Shown here one piece after another: positions 23,382-35,188 of a stretch of DNA of 64,000 nt. How positions within the stretch are numbered: the first letter of the stretch is position 1; every line of letters begins with the position of its first letter. Below the pieces are notes generated by a model. The model made no database searches and was not told the DNA's origin. It worked only from the letters and a program-made list of their open reading frames with translations. Both the position numbers and the translations under genes were made by a program. This stretch comes from Psammoneis japonica (taxonomy: Eukaryota): NCBI GenBank assembly GCA_008632985.1, contig QPGO01000003.1, positions 310,001 to 374,000 on the forward strand. Reading direction: 5' to 3'.

Positions 23382-26300
23382 CACTCTGCACTCCCGGCTT
23401 GGGAGGTCTGCAATTGGCACGGGAAGAAGAGGAAGAGAAAGACCTCCCACGGATCGTTGCATTTTTCAGTGCTGAGCTGAACTGGCCAGTTGGCAAAAAT
23501 CAAAAAGCGGAGAATGACTTGCAGACCAATTTTTTGCACCAGCCTCTACACATTTTTCTCGTGGACACCATGGTGCTGTTGCGTCGTTTGCACCGTCGTC
23601 GTCGCGTCTTTTTGTGGGGTGAGTCATGCATGAGATTCATGTTCTTTGTCCATGTCATGTGCAAGCGTTGGCCCAGTCTCGACAAATGCCGTGCGTGTCA
23701 CAAAATGTGTCGTCGACTGAAGTGGTGTGATGATTCGTTTTTTTTGTCATCCTTTGACTTTGTTTCTTTTGTTTTACCTTCTTTTTTGGTTGGTGCTCCA
23801 ATGTGCAGCATTTTGTTGTTAACACACAAGCATGAGCAATGGATGACAGAGCATGAGTCGAGTTGTCACCCTGGCAACATGCGTTTGTGGTCGTCACATG
23901 GTCTGGTGGCATGTCCGTTCTTTGTTTTGTGACTCGTCATTCCTTTGACTTCTTTCGCTCTTGTGGTGTCAGCTCTTGCCCCTTGTTTTGCCTCATCTTT
24001 TGATGTGTCAACAATGTTGGACAGAGGATTGAAATTGAAGTCTTTCAAGTTGATGCAACACTCCTCTTTGTTGCATCTGGATTTGGAATGCCTGGAAACG
24101 ATGCTTGACCAACCCGAGCATGCTGAGACTCGGGCTCGTTCTGGATTGATGGATGAGATGCTCCTTCATGTTCTTTTCCCACGTCCTGCCAAAGGTTTCA
24201 ACAGCATGTGCATCCGTTCCAAGGGATGCCAGACCGACCAAATCATTGCCTGCAGGATGTTCTTGCACCGAGTTCTTTAAAGGCAGCATGCGAAAGGTTC
24301 TTTTCGGTGTGGAGCTGGTTGTTGGAAGGGAAGCACAACATGCTTTTGGACAAATGTCATTTGTGCTTGTGTCTGCTTTTGGCAAGTGCCTTCTGGAAGC
24401 TTTTCCAAGAAGCATCTGATTTCTGATTGGCACTTGGGTGATCCGTTCTTGTTGGCTCTCCAAGAACACTCAACCATTTGTCTTGTCTGCTTCATTTTGG
24501 ATTCCCAGCCTTTTGAAACAATTGTCTGGGAGCCTTGGGCGATCGCATGATTGTGGAATCATGTCATTTCAACAAGAATGGCGAAATGCACCCAGCGGCC
24601 TGCTCCATTGTCACGCTCAATGAAGACGGAAAGGTGGGGATCCGCACGCAGCAAATTTGATGGCTGCTGCTTCTGCAAAGTCAGCTCAGAAGCAGTTTTG
24701 ACACTTGAAGATTCTCTCCCTTGGCAGCCACATTTTGCTCCTGTGATTTGTCGCTTTTGTGTGAACCCCGTTGCATGGAAGTTGACTGAATCCTGTTCAG
24801 TGCTGCACAACAAACGATGATGCATTGGCGCCATGGTGAGCATCGGGGAGCGATGCATCGTGAGGTGCTTTGTGCGAGTGCCAAGGCTGCACAGAATTTA
24901 ATGTGGCACGTAGAAATTGCGCAGAAAAATTTGCTGGCCAGACTGAAAAGTGCAACGCTCCGTGGGAGTGCACTCTGCACTCCCGGCTTGGGAGGTCTGC
25001 AATTGGTGCGGGAAGAAGAGGAAGAGAAAGACCTCCCACGGATCGTCACATTTTTCAGCACTGAGCCAATCTGGCCAGTTGGCAAAAATCAAAAAGCGGA
25101 GAACGACTTGCAGACCAATTTTTTGTGCCAGCCTCTGTGCATTTTTTTCGTGGACACCATGGTGCTGTTGCGTCGTTTGCACCGTCGTCGTTGCGTCTTT
25201 TTGTGGGGTGAGTCATGCACGAGATTCATGTTCTTTGTCCATGTCATGTGCAAGCATTGGCCCAGTCTCGACAAATGCCGTGCGTGTTACAAAATGTGTC
25301 GTCGACTGAAGTGGTGTGATGGACGTGTTCCAGTCCCAGGTGACGCACAAAACGACAATCGGATTTTGAATATAATTTATGTATATTTTAGTGTATATAG
25401 CATTTTAATAAAAATACTTAGACGGATTGACTGTTATAGGCTTCTAGAGTATGAACATTTAAATAGTTTTTTGAGGGGTATTCAAATCCTCATGGGATAT
25501 GTATCATAAACTTCCTCAGTAGACTCAATGCTGATTGTACGTCAGTAGATTTATACTGAGATTTTTTTGTAGGTAGAAAACCTACCAAGTAGCATCGTAG
25601 AAAGATATATTTAGGTAACATCCAAATAACGGCAATATTTTCGCCGAAAATCATCCGTTGTGTTACGAATCTTTTAACGCAATGAAAAACATAGATAGCA
25701 CAATAACAATGATATTGCAACACTCACACGAGTCTTGTTAGTGTTGCAAAACATTTATATTTGTATAAATCTATACTTTTGATGGTGAAAGTTCGATCGT
25801 AAGTTAGGGACCGCGCAAAAATCGCGCAAATGTCGTTTTTGTGCACGATTTGGTTCACGTGCGGCTGGAACACGTCGATGATTCGTTTTTTTTGTCATCC
25901 TTTGACTTTGTTTCTTTCATTTTACCTTCTTTTTTGGTCAGTGCTCCAATGTGCAGCATTTTGTCATTAACACACAAGCATGAGCAATGGATGACAGAGC
26001 ATGAGTCGAGTTGTCACCCTGGCAATGTGCGTTTGTGGTCGTCACATTGTCTGGTGGCATGTTCGTTCTTTGTTTTGTGGCTCGTCGTTCCTTTGACTTC
26101 TTTCGCTCTTGTGGTGTCAGCTCTTGCCCCTCATTTTGCCTCATCTTTCGACACGTCAATGGCGTTGGACAGAGGATTGAAATTGAAGTCTTTCAAGTTG
26201 ATGCAACACTCCTCTTTGTTGCATCTGGATTTGGAATGCCTGGAAACAATGCTCAACCAACCCGAGCGCACTGAGACTCGGGCTCACTCTGGATTGATGG

Positions 26301-27119
26301 ACAAGATGCTCCTTCATGTTCTTTTCCCATGTCCTGCCAAAGGTTTCGACAGCACATGTGTCCATTCCAAGGGATGCCAGACCGACCAAATCATTGCCTG
26401 CAGGATGTTCTTGTGCCGAGTTCTTTAAAGGCAGCACACCAAAGGTTCTTTTCGGTGTGGAGCTGGCCACCGGAAGGGAAGCACAACATGCTTTTGGACA
26501 AATTTCATTTGTGCTTGTGTCTGCTTTTGGCAAGTGCCTTCTGGAAGCTTTTCCAAGAAGCATCTGATCTCTGATTGGCACTTGGGCAATCCATTCTTGT
26601 TGGCTCTCCAAGAACACTCAACCATTTGTCTTGTCTGCTTCACCCTGGATTCCCAGCCTTTTGAAAACAATTGTCTGGGAGCCTTGGGCGATCGCATGAT
26701 TGTGGAATCATGTCATTTCAACAAGAATGGCGAAATGCACCTGGCAGCCTGCTCCATTGTCGTGCTCAATGAAGACGGAAAGGTGGGGATCCGCACGCAG
26801 CAAATTTGATGGCCGCTGCTTCTGCAAAGTCAGCTCAGAAGCAGTTTTGACACTTGAAGATTCTCTCCCCCAGCAGTTACATTTTACTCCTGTGATTTGT
26901 CGCTTTTATATGAACCCCGTTGTATGGAAGTTGACTAAATCCTGTTCAGTGCTGTACAACAAACGACAATGCATCGGTGCCATGGTGAGCATCGGGGAGC
27001 GATACATCGTGAGGTGCTTTGTACGAGTACCAAGGCTACGTAGAATTTAACGTGGCACGTAGAAATTGCGTAGAAAAATTTGCTGGCCAGACTGAAAAGT
27101 GCAACGCTCCGTGGGAGTG
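23382..27119. repeat. Tandem duplication of an approximately 1.59-kb TIR-bounded element (copy A 23382-24970; copy B 24971-27119 including a MITE)
   Basis: The copies align along their length. Imperfect inverted ends ctcccacggatcgttgcatttttcagt (23444) and actgaaaagtgcaacgctccgtgggag; junction microhomology cactctgc. Confidence 0.9.
25322..25876. mobile_element. MITE (555 bp), TIR GACGTGTTCCAG, 4-bp TSD GATG
   Basis: gacgtgttccag...ctggaacacgtc with GATG at 25318-25321 and 25877-25880. The empty site (gtggtgtGATGattcg) is present in the paralogous copy at about 23722-23737. AT- and TA-rich interior. Confidence 0.93.
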
Positions 27120-27256
27120 GCCACTCTGCTGTACAGCTGTTGTAGAGAGTGCTGCATTGCACGCATGTAGGCCCGCCCTACCCTCTACTCTAGAGCTAGC
27201 AGGGCCATGCATGCCGTGCTCGCTTGCGTTGCAAGCGGCGCAACGACGTGAGCCAA

Positions 27257-27444
27257 ACGTCACATTCCAGACACGTCGGCCGGTCAATCGTGACGATGCA
27301 TACAGTGTAATTGGTCATGTGTCTTTTCCTGTGAAACATGCATGGGGTTTTACTTCAACTTCTCACTAAATCATTTTTGACGTCGGTCGTCATGAGGTGG
27401 CAAATAGTGCGTGGCATGAAAGCGCAGCGGCCCCTCTCACGTCA
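27257..27444 (+). promoter_or_regulatory. Three CCRE/CRE-like hexamers (ACGTCA 27257, TGACGT 27378, ACGTCA 27439) upstream of delta-CA
   Basis: Same hexamers as the CO2/cAMP-responsive elements of diatom carbonic anhydrase promoters, within 300 bp of the ATG. Function is not demonstrated. Confidence 0.5.
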
Positions 27445-27537
27445 CCTCTTCTCATCGCACACTTCCAACTTCCCTTCATTCAACCCTTGTCTCACAATTT
27501 TACAATTCGTCTGCAAGAACAACAACAGCAAAACACA

Positions 27538-28626
27538 ATGTGTAAGGAAACCAACGAAATTGAAACCGGCTCCCCTGTCGACAAGACTCCCCAAGACGAT
27601 GCCACCGCCGCTAGTAGCCGTGCTTCTTCAGCTGTCACGGTCATGCCCAACGTTGCTCTCAAGAGGATGAAACTTCTCATGGCTTTCCTCGGAGCCTGTA
27701 CCATCGGACTCCTCGTCTCTACCATCTACCTCGCTGTTGACCGTGACAGTGAAAAGAACAAGAACAAGGAGGTCGAGGTTTCTACAGTTCAAGGACCCAA
27801 CCCTTGCCAGGGCAAGCGTCCCGATTTGCCCAATGTTGCGTGTATCATTGACGAAATGACCCAAACGGGCGAACAATCCGGAGCCAATGTCACAAAGGGC
27901 TACAACGGAGACAGGGAAACCGATGCCGAGCCCATCACTACTTCTTACTTTGAGGCCGGCTTGTGCCCCGTCAATGTTCACTGGCATCTTGGTGCCGAGC
28001 ACTACTCCGCTGGCGAGTTTGACGAGATCGGCACCGGTCCCCTCGATTTCCACGAAGGCCGTCAGGGATTCCAGTGCAGGTACTACGACGAGAACGACCC
28101 CAAGTTTAACACTCCCTTCAACTGGCAGCACTGCATTGGTATGATGGTTGGACAAACCTATGAAGTTCACTGGCCTCACTCTGCTGCCGGTGCCTGCGGT
28201 ACTCCCTTCCAGTACCAGACTCCCTTCTACGATGGTGTCTTTTGCCGCGACGGCGTTATCACTGACACTGCTCAGCAGATTGGTGTCCAATCCCAAGTCT
28301 TTACCATTGTCAACGACGAGGACTACTACTACCCCGACCTCTTCCGTGGTATGATTGTCGATGGCGAGATGGGAACAGACATTGCTAAGTACACTGGTTC
28401 CACCACTGGTACGGCCCGTAACAATGAGATTTGCTCCCCCTTTACTCCCATCACCTGGCAGGTGGACCGCAAGTGCCACCTCATTTCTGCCTCGAGTTTT
28501 GACAAAATGTGCAAGGACATGAGGGCACAGGCCGACAACATGAACGACGACCTTTATGCTCACGGATCTCGGGAGCTTGTCGATGACGAGCACGCCGCAA
28601 ACAACCAGCAGCTCCGTCGTGCCTAA
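27538..28626 (+). CDS. Delta-class carbonic anhydrase with an N-terminal transmembrane anchor
   Basis: GLCPVNVHWHLGAEHYSAGEF, YEVHWPHSAAGAC, YTGSTTG and ITWQVDRKCHLISASSFDKMC; hydrophobic helix LLMAFLGACTIGLLVSTIYLAV; strong codon bias. Confidence 0.92.
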   Translation: MCKETNEIETGSPVDKTPQDDATAASSRASSAVTVMPNVALKRMKLLMAFLGACTIGLLVSTIYLAVDRDSEKNKNKEVEVSTVQGPNPCQGKRPDLPNVACIIDEMTQTGEQSGANVTKGYNGDRETDAEPITTSYFEAGLCPVNVHWHLGAEHYSAGEFDEIGTGPLDFHEGRQGFQCRYYDENDPKFNTPFNWQHCIGMMVGQTYEVHWPHSAAGACGTPFQYQTPFYDGVFCRDGVITDTAQQIGVQSQVFTIVNDEDYYYPDLFRGMIVDGEMGTDIAKYTGSTTGTARNNEICSPFTPITWQVDRKCHLISASSFDKMCKDMRAQADNMNDDLYAHGSRELVDDEHAANNQQLRRA

Positions 28627-29399
28627 GCAGGCAACGCCACATTTTTTCATAAATGGTACTCGCCGATTTTCTAGTTTTTAGAGTCATCAAAGCAATAAAC
28701 GAATAAGCCACATATCGTACACATCAACATACATTCCGTTGTTACAGAATATTTCTCTATTTGTGTGTTCCCCTTGTACCCTGAATTCTTCTTGGTGCCA
28801 AAGTGCAGCTTCAAGATACAGTGATCTCTCGTTTCCAAAACTATTAAATGCGAAAGCTTAGATGAAAGAACTTCGTTATTTTATAAGTAAACCACATACG
28901 GTAAAAGCAGGTCACCAAAACAACTCAGTTTGTTAATCGATAGCGATAGCCCTGGTAGTGTATGACGCAGATGCCAGGATAGGACATGAAACCGATGTTC
29001 GAATCAAATCGACGAGAACATCTGTGCGAAAACGAAACTTTAATTAAAGCCGATTAGAAGGACTAGAGTCATCGCTCCACTCCACTAGTAGCATCGACTT
29101 TTTACGTGTCGGGATTGTAATGAAGGAACATGGTTGACGAGACGTCATCGTGACCCCAAAACTGAAAGTGATCGGAGAGTATTTTCGAGCAACTGAAAAG
29201 CTTTCTACGCAACTTGCCTTCGTCTGACTTGACGATTCGCTGTTTTTCAATGTCACAGTGGTAGGCCGAAGGCAGCTCGTAGCCCCACTTTGTGACATCT
29301 GTTCCCACCTTGACCAAAAAGAAAAAGTTCAAACTGACGAGAAAGTTGGCGGAAAACTTTTCTTCGTAATCCCCGTGACCATAAAATTGGTGCATGATG

Positions 29400-31100
29400 T
29401 AAGCAACAGTTGTTCCCCAAGGATCCTCATCTAGGAATGTTTTGTGTTGTCATGAATGCAAGCCACAAGACATTTGAATTGAAGAATGATGCCACAGTGA
29501 AACCTTGTGTGAGCAACATTGGTGCAGCTGACTCAGCAACAAAGTTCATTTTCCCTTGTGCTCTGCCACACAAGAGGCCGCACTTTGAGTCAATGCATCG
29601 GTGCACCAGAGTCATGGTTGTTGCCCACACAGTGGAGTTTTTGTGTGCATGCAAGAGACAAGCTTTTGTGGCCATTTCATGAGCTTTCCTCTTGTGATGA
29701 AGCAAGAGCTTTTGTGCAGGAGGACATGTGCACAAAGTGCTTGTTTTTTGTCAATTCATCAGAGTGACAAAAGATCACCAGAAGCCAAAAAACACAAGCT
29801 CTAGTTGGCAGGTGATGGACAAAATTGTCTGGCATTGAAAACTGCACAAAAAATGGCGTGGTTTGTTTCATTTTACCTGTTGAAGCCGGTTCTTGCTGAG
29901 TGGCCCAGATGGCAAGCAGCTCAGCAGACAGCAAAGCACGTGTGATCCAGACAAAAGCCAGCAAACAGAACGATGCACAGTTGACAAAAAAGGGGTGCTG
30001 GACATGCTGCCTTGTCTGCTGTGCTGGGGAGCAGAGGCAGGAGTTGTGTGCAAGCCCCAGAGACAATGTGGTTGACATGTGCCTTTCACTCCAGACTTTT
30101 TGCACTGAACCAAGGTTGATTGGATTGGCCCAATGTTGTCCATTTGAGCCATCTTCTGCAAAGAACAAAAGCTTGGTTCCACATGCACTTGCCACAACAT
30201 GGGTCACATTGGGAGGAAGATCACATTCCACACTGACAAAGGTGCTCTTTTTGTGTGAGCTGAGCAACACACTTTTTTGGTCAACTCACTTTTTTGACCG
30301 GCGCTTTCTCTTGTGGTGCGCTCTGACAGTGTGACTCTGCAGCAAGATGGGGATGACTTCTAACTTGCTCCAGCTCCAGCCAGAGAATTCAAAATCATTT
30401 TGTCGCTGAACAAGAAACACTTGCCCCTGCACAGCCCTCCAAGCAATGGTGGCTTTGTGAGTGCTGAGCCCACGGTCTGTGGTTTGCCACTGCGCTGTCT
30501 GCCATGAATGCTGCTGGCATTGTGGTGGTGGATGCATGACAGCCAAGCAGTTGGATGGCAAAACTCAGGGAATCAATCTCTCAAACCAAAATCAAGAAAT
30601 TGCAGATCTGTGTTTTTTGGGTGAAGCATTGCCTCTGTGCGCACAACAACACATCGGCTCTTGAGCTCTGAAGAGCCGAAAAGCTCCGCCCAGCTTCGAC
30701 GGCAATGAAATGTGTGCTGTGATGACGTGTGTTGCTCACTCAGCTTTTCACTGCAGCGTTGTGCTCAAATCAACCTGGCAACCAACACAGAGGGCAGCTC
30801 AGGCTTTTGCAAAGCATCGCAAGGGGGCATTTTGTGGCCGATTGTCGCGCAGGTTCAAGACAAAATTTTGAGCAAAGTCGATCATCAGGTCAGGCAGCGA
30901 TGAACAGAAAGCTTTTCACTTCATTCTTTTGGTGAAACTTGTGCTGATGTGTGTTGATTTGGTTGCTGCACAACCCTGAAAGAGACCAGAATGTGCTGCA
31001 TCATGGTCAACCCGTCTCAACCATCACACATCTGTCGTTGGAGAGAGCTCCATTTCCCAGCGCTCAAAACTCACAGAAGTTTCGTAGAAAATCTTTTGTT
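29400..31100. repeat. TpA-depleted decayed repeat or pseudogene block
   Basis: Abrupt loss of TA relative to the flanks. A coding-like minus-strand remnant (29102-29395) continues into unmutated sequence. Confidence 0.6.
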
Positions 31101-31611
31101 TTGCTCAACAAGAAGAAACTTTATTTAGAATCACCCTCTGTTTTAAAACCTTTTTTTCCATTGTTGGAAAGCTCTTTTTCTCTGCTTTTAGCAATGTGTT
31201 TTTCGCAAAGAGTTGGAAAAACACATTACCTGGCCCACCCCGGGTTTTGTCATCCGCACTTACTGTTCAGCTGGATCTTGCAGTTGACATGATGTCTGAT
31301 GACTGATGACCCAATTCAAATGACTTAACGAATTCTATGCTGTCTACAGTACAGTACATACACGACGTTGTGCATATTATCTCTTCTGGCTAATTTTAAT
31401 GTCTGTTGACCTCATTGATTTGTCCACAACCTGTGTGATGACCATTGTCAACATTTATTGCTGAAGGAAGTACCAGACTCACGCTGAAATGGACAAAAGT
31501 CTTTTTTTTGGCTTGGTGATTGGGTCGGAAGTCATGACCGCTTGCTTCTCATCGTCGATCTCACATCTCACTATTCGCTATTTTCTCATTCTCTTCTTGC
31601 ACACAAAAACA

Positions 31612-33258
31612 ATGATCATGATCATTCGCATTTTACTGTTTACGGCGTTTTTCACTGCTATTAATGGCAGAAAAACAAAAGAACCTCCTCTTCCCAGTAA
31701 AAGGAAGAAACCCAGGGCCTTTCCCCTCACAAGGGTTAGAAGTTACAGTGGCACTGAAGGTGTTGGCGGCAAAGCCCACTCCCAACTCATCCGACTGGGA
31801 GAGATTGACTATCCAGATGACGGCTTTGGCCAAATGTCTGGAGCGAAAGTCAGAGAGGGACCGAACCCACGCGTCATCAGCAATGCTGTTGCCGCACAGA
31901 GTGGCTCCAGGCCGAATGCCCGCGGTCTTTCTTCGATGGTTTGGGCCTGGGGCCAATTTATCGATCACGACATTTCTCTCACAGAACCAAATGGCATATT
32001 CGGAAAGGCGCCAATTATTATCAGCGATGAAAGCGACATTCTTTACAACGGCCCACCGCATGGCGAAATTCCATTCAATCGTTCTGAATACGACCCACTC
32101 ACGGGCACTGCTACGGTGAACCCACGACAACAGATAAATCTAATTACTTCTCGCATAGACGGCTCAGGCGTTTATGGCTCCGACAAAATGCGAGCTGATT
32201 CTCTGCGTACATTCATGGATGGTATGATGAAAATGACCCTAGTAAGTAGCAAGGGGAACAAAGTGTTGGATCTACTTCCCCGTGATGGCAGCGGCATGTT
32301 TCTTGCAGGTGACATTCGAGCCAACGAACAAGTCGGCCTCATTTCCATGCACACCCTCTTTCTACGAGAGCACAACCGCCTCTGCCGCGAGATAAAACGT
32401 TGGTTCAGGAAACTCAACCCAAACGATGAGCAGATCTACCAGCTTGCACGCAAGATCGTCGGTGCCGAGATACAAGCTATAACCTACAACGAGTTTCTTC
32501 CAGCTCTACTTGGCCGAAGGATGGCTCTGCAGGAATACAAAGGATACAATGAAACCGTGGACCCTAGCATTGCTACAGAATTCTCGACGAGCGCCTTCCG
32601 ATTTGGTCACAGCATGCTTCCGCCAGAGTTGCCGCTGTATGACAAGAGCCGCCACATTGAAAACATCAGCTTGCGTGACGCTTTCTTTAGACCAGGCTTT
32701 CTAGTAGACAGACCGATCAATGTAGATTATCTTATTGGCGGGTTCGTGAGACAGTTCGCCCAAGAGATCGATAACGAGATCATTGACGATGTTCGTAATT
32801 TCTTGTTTGGACCACCGGGACGGGGCGGTTTTGACCTCGCGGCACTCAACATTCAAAGGGGACGTGACCACGGCATTCCAACTTACAACAAAGTCCGGGC
32901 GGCGTATAATCTTCCCCCCAAAACAGAATGGAGGCATGTCACCCGCAAAGAGGCTCTTCAGAATAAACTGGCCAGCGTGTACGTGGACCCCGACGAGATG
33001 GACGCCTGGGTCGGTGGACTTTGCGAAGACCATGTACGGGGGGCTAGCGTTGGCGAACTCGTCGGTGCAGCATTAAAGGACCAATTTACCCGTATTCGTG
33101 ACGGTGATCCTTTCTTTTACTTGATTGATGAGGACCTCCAAGACTTTCGAGTGAGGAGCCAAATTGTAGATGTTGATACTGTCAAGCTCGCGGACATTAT
33201 TCGACTCAACACCCAGATTGAGAACGTCAACAGAAACGTGTTCTTTGTCAAGGATTAG
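31612..33258 (+). CDS. Animal-type heme peroxidase (peroxidase-cyclooxygenase superfamily), secreted
   Basis: WGQFIDHD (distal His), GDIRANE, AFRFGHS (proximal His), NIQRGRDHG; signal peptide MIMIIRILLFTAFFTAING. Confidence 0.92.
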   Translation: MIMIIRILLFTAFFTAINGRKTKEPPLPSKRKKPRAFPLTRVRSYSGTEGVGGKAHSQLIRLGEIDYPDDGFGQMSGAKVREGPNPRVISNAVAAQSGSRPNARGLSSMVWAWGQFIDHDISLTEPNGIFGKAPIIISDESDILYNGPPHGEIPFNRSEYDPLTGTATVNPRQQINLITSRIDGSGVYGSDKMRADSLRTFMDGMMKMTLVSSKGNKVLDLLPRDGSGMFLAGDIRANEQVGLISMHTLFLREHNRLCREIKRWFRKLNPNDEQIYQLARKIVGAEIQAITYNEFLPALLGRRMALQEYKGYNETVDPSIATEFSTSAFRFGHSMLPPELPLYDKSRHIENISLRDAFFRPGFLVDRPINVDYLIGGFVRQFAQEIDNEIIDDVRNFLFGPPGRGGFDLAALNIQRGRDHGIPTYNKVRAAYNLPPKTEWRHVTRKEALQNKLASVYVDPDEMDAWVGGLCEDHVRGASVGELVGAALKDQFTRIRDGDPFFYLIDEDLQDFRVRSQIVDVDTVKLADIIRLNTQIENVNRNVFFVKD

Positions 33259-33781
33259 CTAGATACGATAGAAGTTGCGCTGATAGCACTTTTACATTTT
33301 AGATTAGCAATTTAGTTAACATCTTCTTGACTACTAGACAGTGTAAGCCCCTCTAAGGTATCTCTACTGCATGTTTCAACCAGGTTTAGGTGAAGTCCAC
33401 TGCGATCAGACAATCCTTGCCGACGAAAGAGCTCAACTTGCTTTGTAAATCGAAAGAATTGCACGTTTCAAGGTGAATGAGGGTTGCAATGACTTTCTTT
33501 ATCACCGGCTATTTCAAAAGTGCCGTTTTTGACTGTCAAAAAATGGTGACATTGCACATTGCTATGCAACAACGGCCAGACACGTCACATCAGATTCTGC
33601 AAGAGTACCGGTAGATACTATCGCATCGTCAAAAGTTCTAATGTCTCATCAGTTCATCAGCAGGCTTACTATTTACGTTTAGTGGTGCTTTTTTTTGCTC
33701 TGCCTTTAGTCGTACCGGCGGTTCAAGCTCCAATTCTTTACTGTTCGTATTCAATACGATTTACGCACTGTTTTGTTAGGT

Positions 33782-35188
33782 ATGGGTTGGACGGAAGCCC
33801 TGAAGAAACGCAAAAAATCGCCTACAACGACAGTAGATCAGGCGAGGAAATGCGTTTACAATCATCGTGCAGCTCAAGTCGCCGTGACGTGGATGCAGAG
33901 GCGCATCTCGGAGAAGCAGCAAGATTCGTCCAAGTTTTCTTGCTCTGCCCAAGAATTACAGCTGTGTGAATTTAAAAAATGCGTATTAGAACAAGAATTG
34001 GAGCTCCGCAAGACGGTCCTGAACACGACGGCTGATGAAAGAGTTGAAATTCTGTTTCAAGTGGTGGACGTGAACAAGAACGGCTATGTGAGCTGCAACG
34101 AACTGAGCCTGTGCCTATTGAAGATCGATGGCGAAAAGACTCAATCTCAAGCCTTCTCAGCAGCACAACTGTCTATTTCAGCCTTTGATTCTTCTCGTGA
34201 TGGACGATTGGATTGCGGTGAATTCAAAGTGTTTCTGACCAACATTGCGAGCCAGGTTGGATGCACCGTACAAGAGCTCGCACAGTTTCTAATCTTTCGA
34301 ATTGTGACTAGCGATGATGGTCCAACTGTAGTGGCAGAGACCATTACACATGGAGATTTGACAAGCTGGGTTCAGGGTCCATACGATGATGATAAGCTTG
34401 TTCAGGCTCGAATCTTGATTTTGTTCGAGGCGTTGGACTGGGACAAGAACGGCTTGGTTTACTTTCACGAGGTTGTAAAGTGCATGTATCGTGTAGCAAA
34501 AGACATGGACAAGCAATACCGACAAATTCTCTTTTAGATCCCAGGGCGAGAAGGGCAACAAGATAGGACGCTGGATCTGAGTCAGTTTGCGTTGTTTCTC
34601 TGTAATGTGGTTGCAGCCAGTCCGGCTCATGTAGGCATACACGAAGTTTGCAACTCCATTACGTTGCTTATCTGCGGCGGTGGTAATTGCTCATGTTCGA
34701 AAGTCAACTACGAAGATATTTTCGATCAGTATGGCCTCTATGATACAAGAGAAGAAACGACTGATCAACAGACCAAAGTTCCAATATCAACGCTGGATCA
34801 AGGCCGCATGACGCGACTGTTTGACTTGTGGGATCTCAATCACAATGGCTACATTGAATTCAACGAATTCTTTCTCGGGTTGCGCAAGTTCCACGAGACA
34901 AAGGACGTGGATACTACCTTTATGGAAACCGCCACAGCCATGTCACGGTTCGACGTTAATGAAAAGAACGGAAAGCTGGACAGAATTGAATTCTCTGCAG
35001 CTCTCGCTCAATTTGCGCAAGAGGCCGCAGGTGTTGATTTGTCAGGGTTAATTGACTACATGGTTATCCATAGCGCTCTCAAGGACAACAAAGAGGCCGA
35101 ACGCGACTATGTCAGAAGCTTGCGGACTCAAACGGACATACAAAACAACCTTGGCGCGTTGTGGCCATGGGGGAGGCGGCTAGAGTAA
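33782..35188 (+). CDS. Multi-EF-hand calcium-binding protein with one in-frame TAG (34535-34537)
   Basis: EF loops DVNKNGYVSCNE, DSSRDGRLDCGE, DWDKNGLVYFHE, DLNHNGYIEFNE and DVNEKNGKLDRIE. ORFs 33773-34537 and 34592-35188 are in the same frame. Confidence 0.75.

Noticed and set aside
46..27100. Hundreds of overlapping Cys/His/Gln-rich ORFs in all six frames, suggesting metal-binding proteins or overlapping genes
   Set aside because: Loss of TA removes TAA and TAG stops on both strands and enriches TGY/CAY/CAR codons, so long ORFs arise by composition alone.
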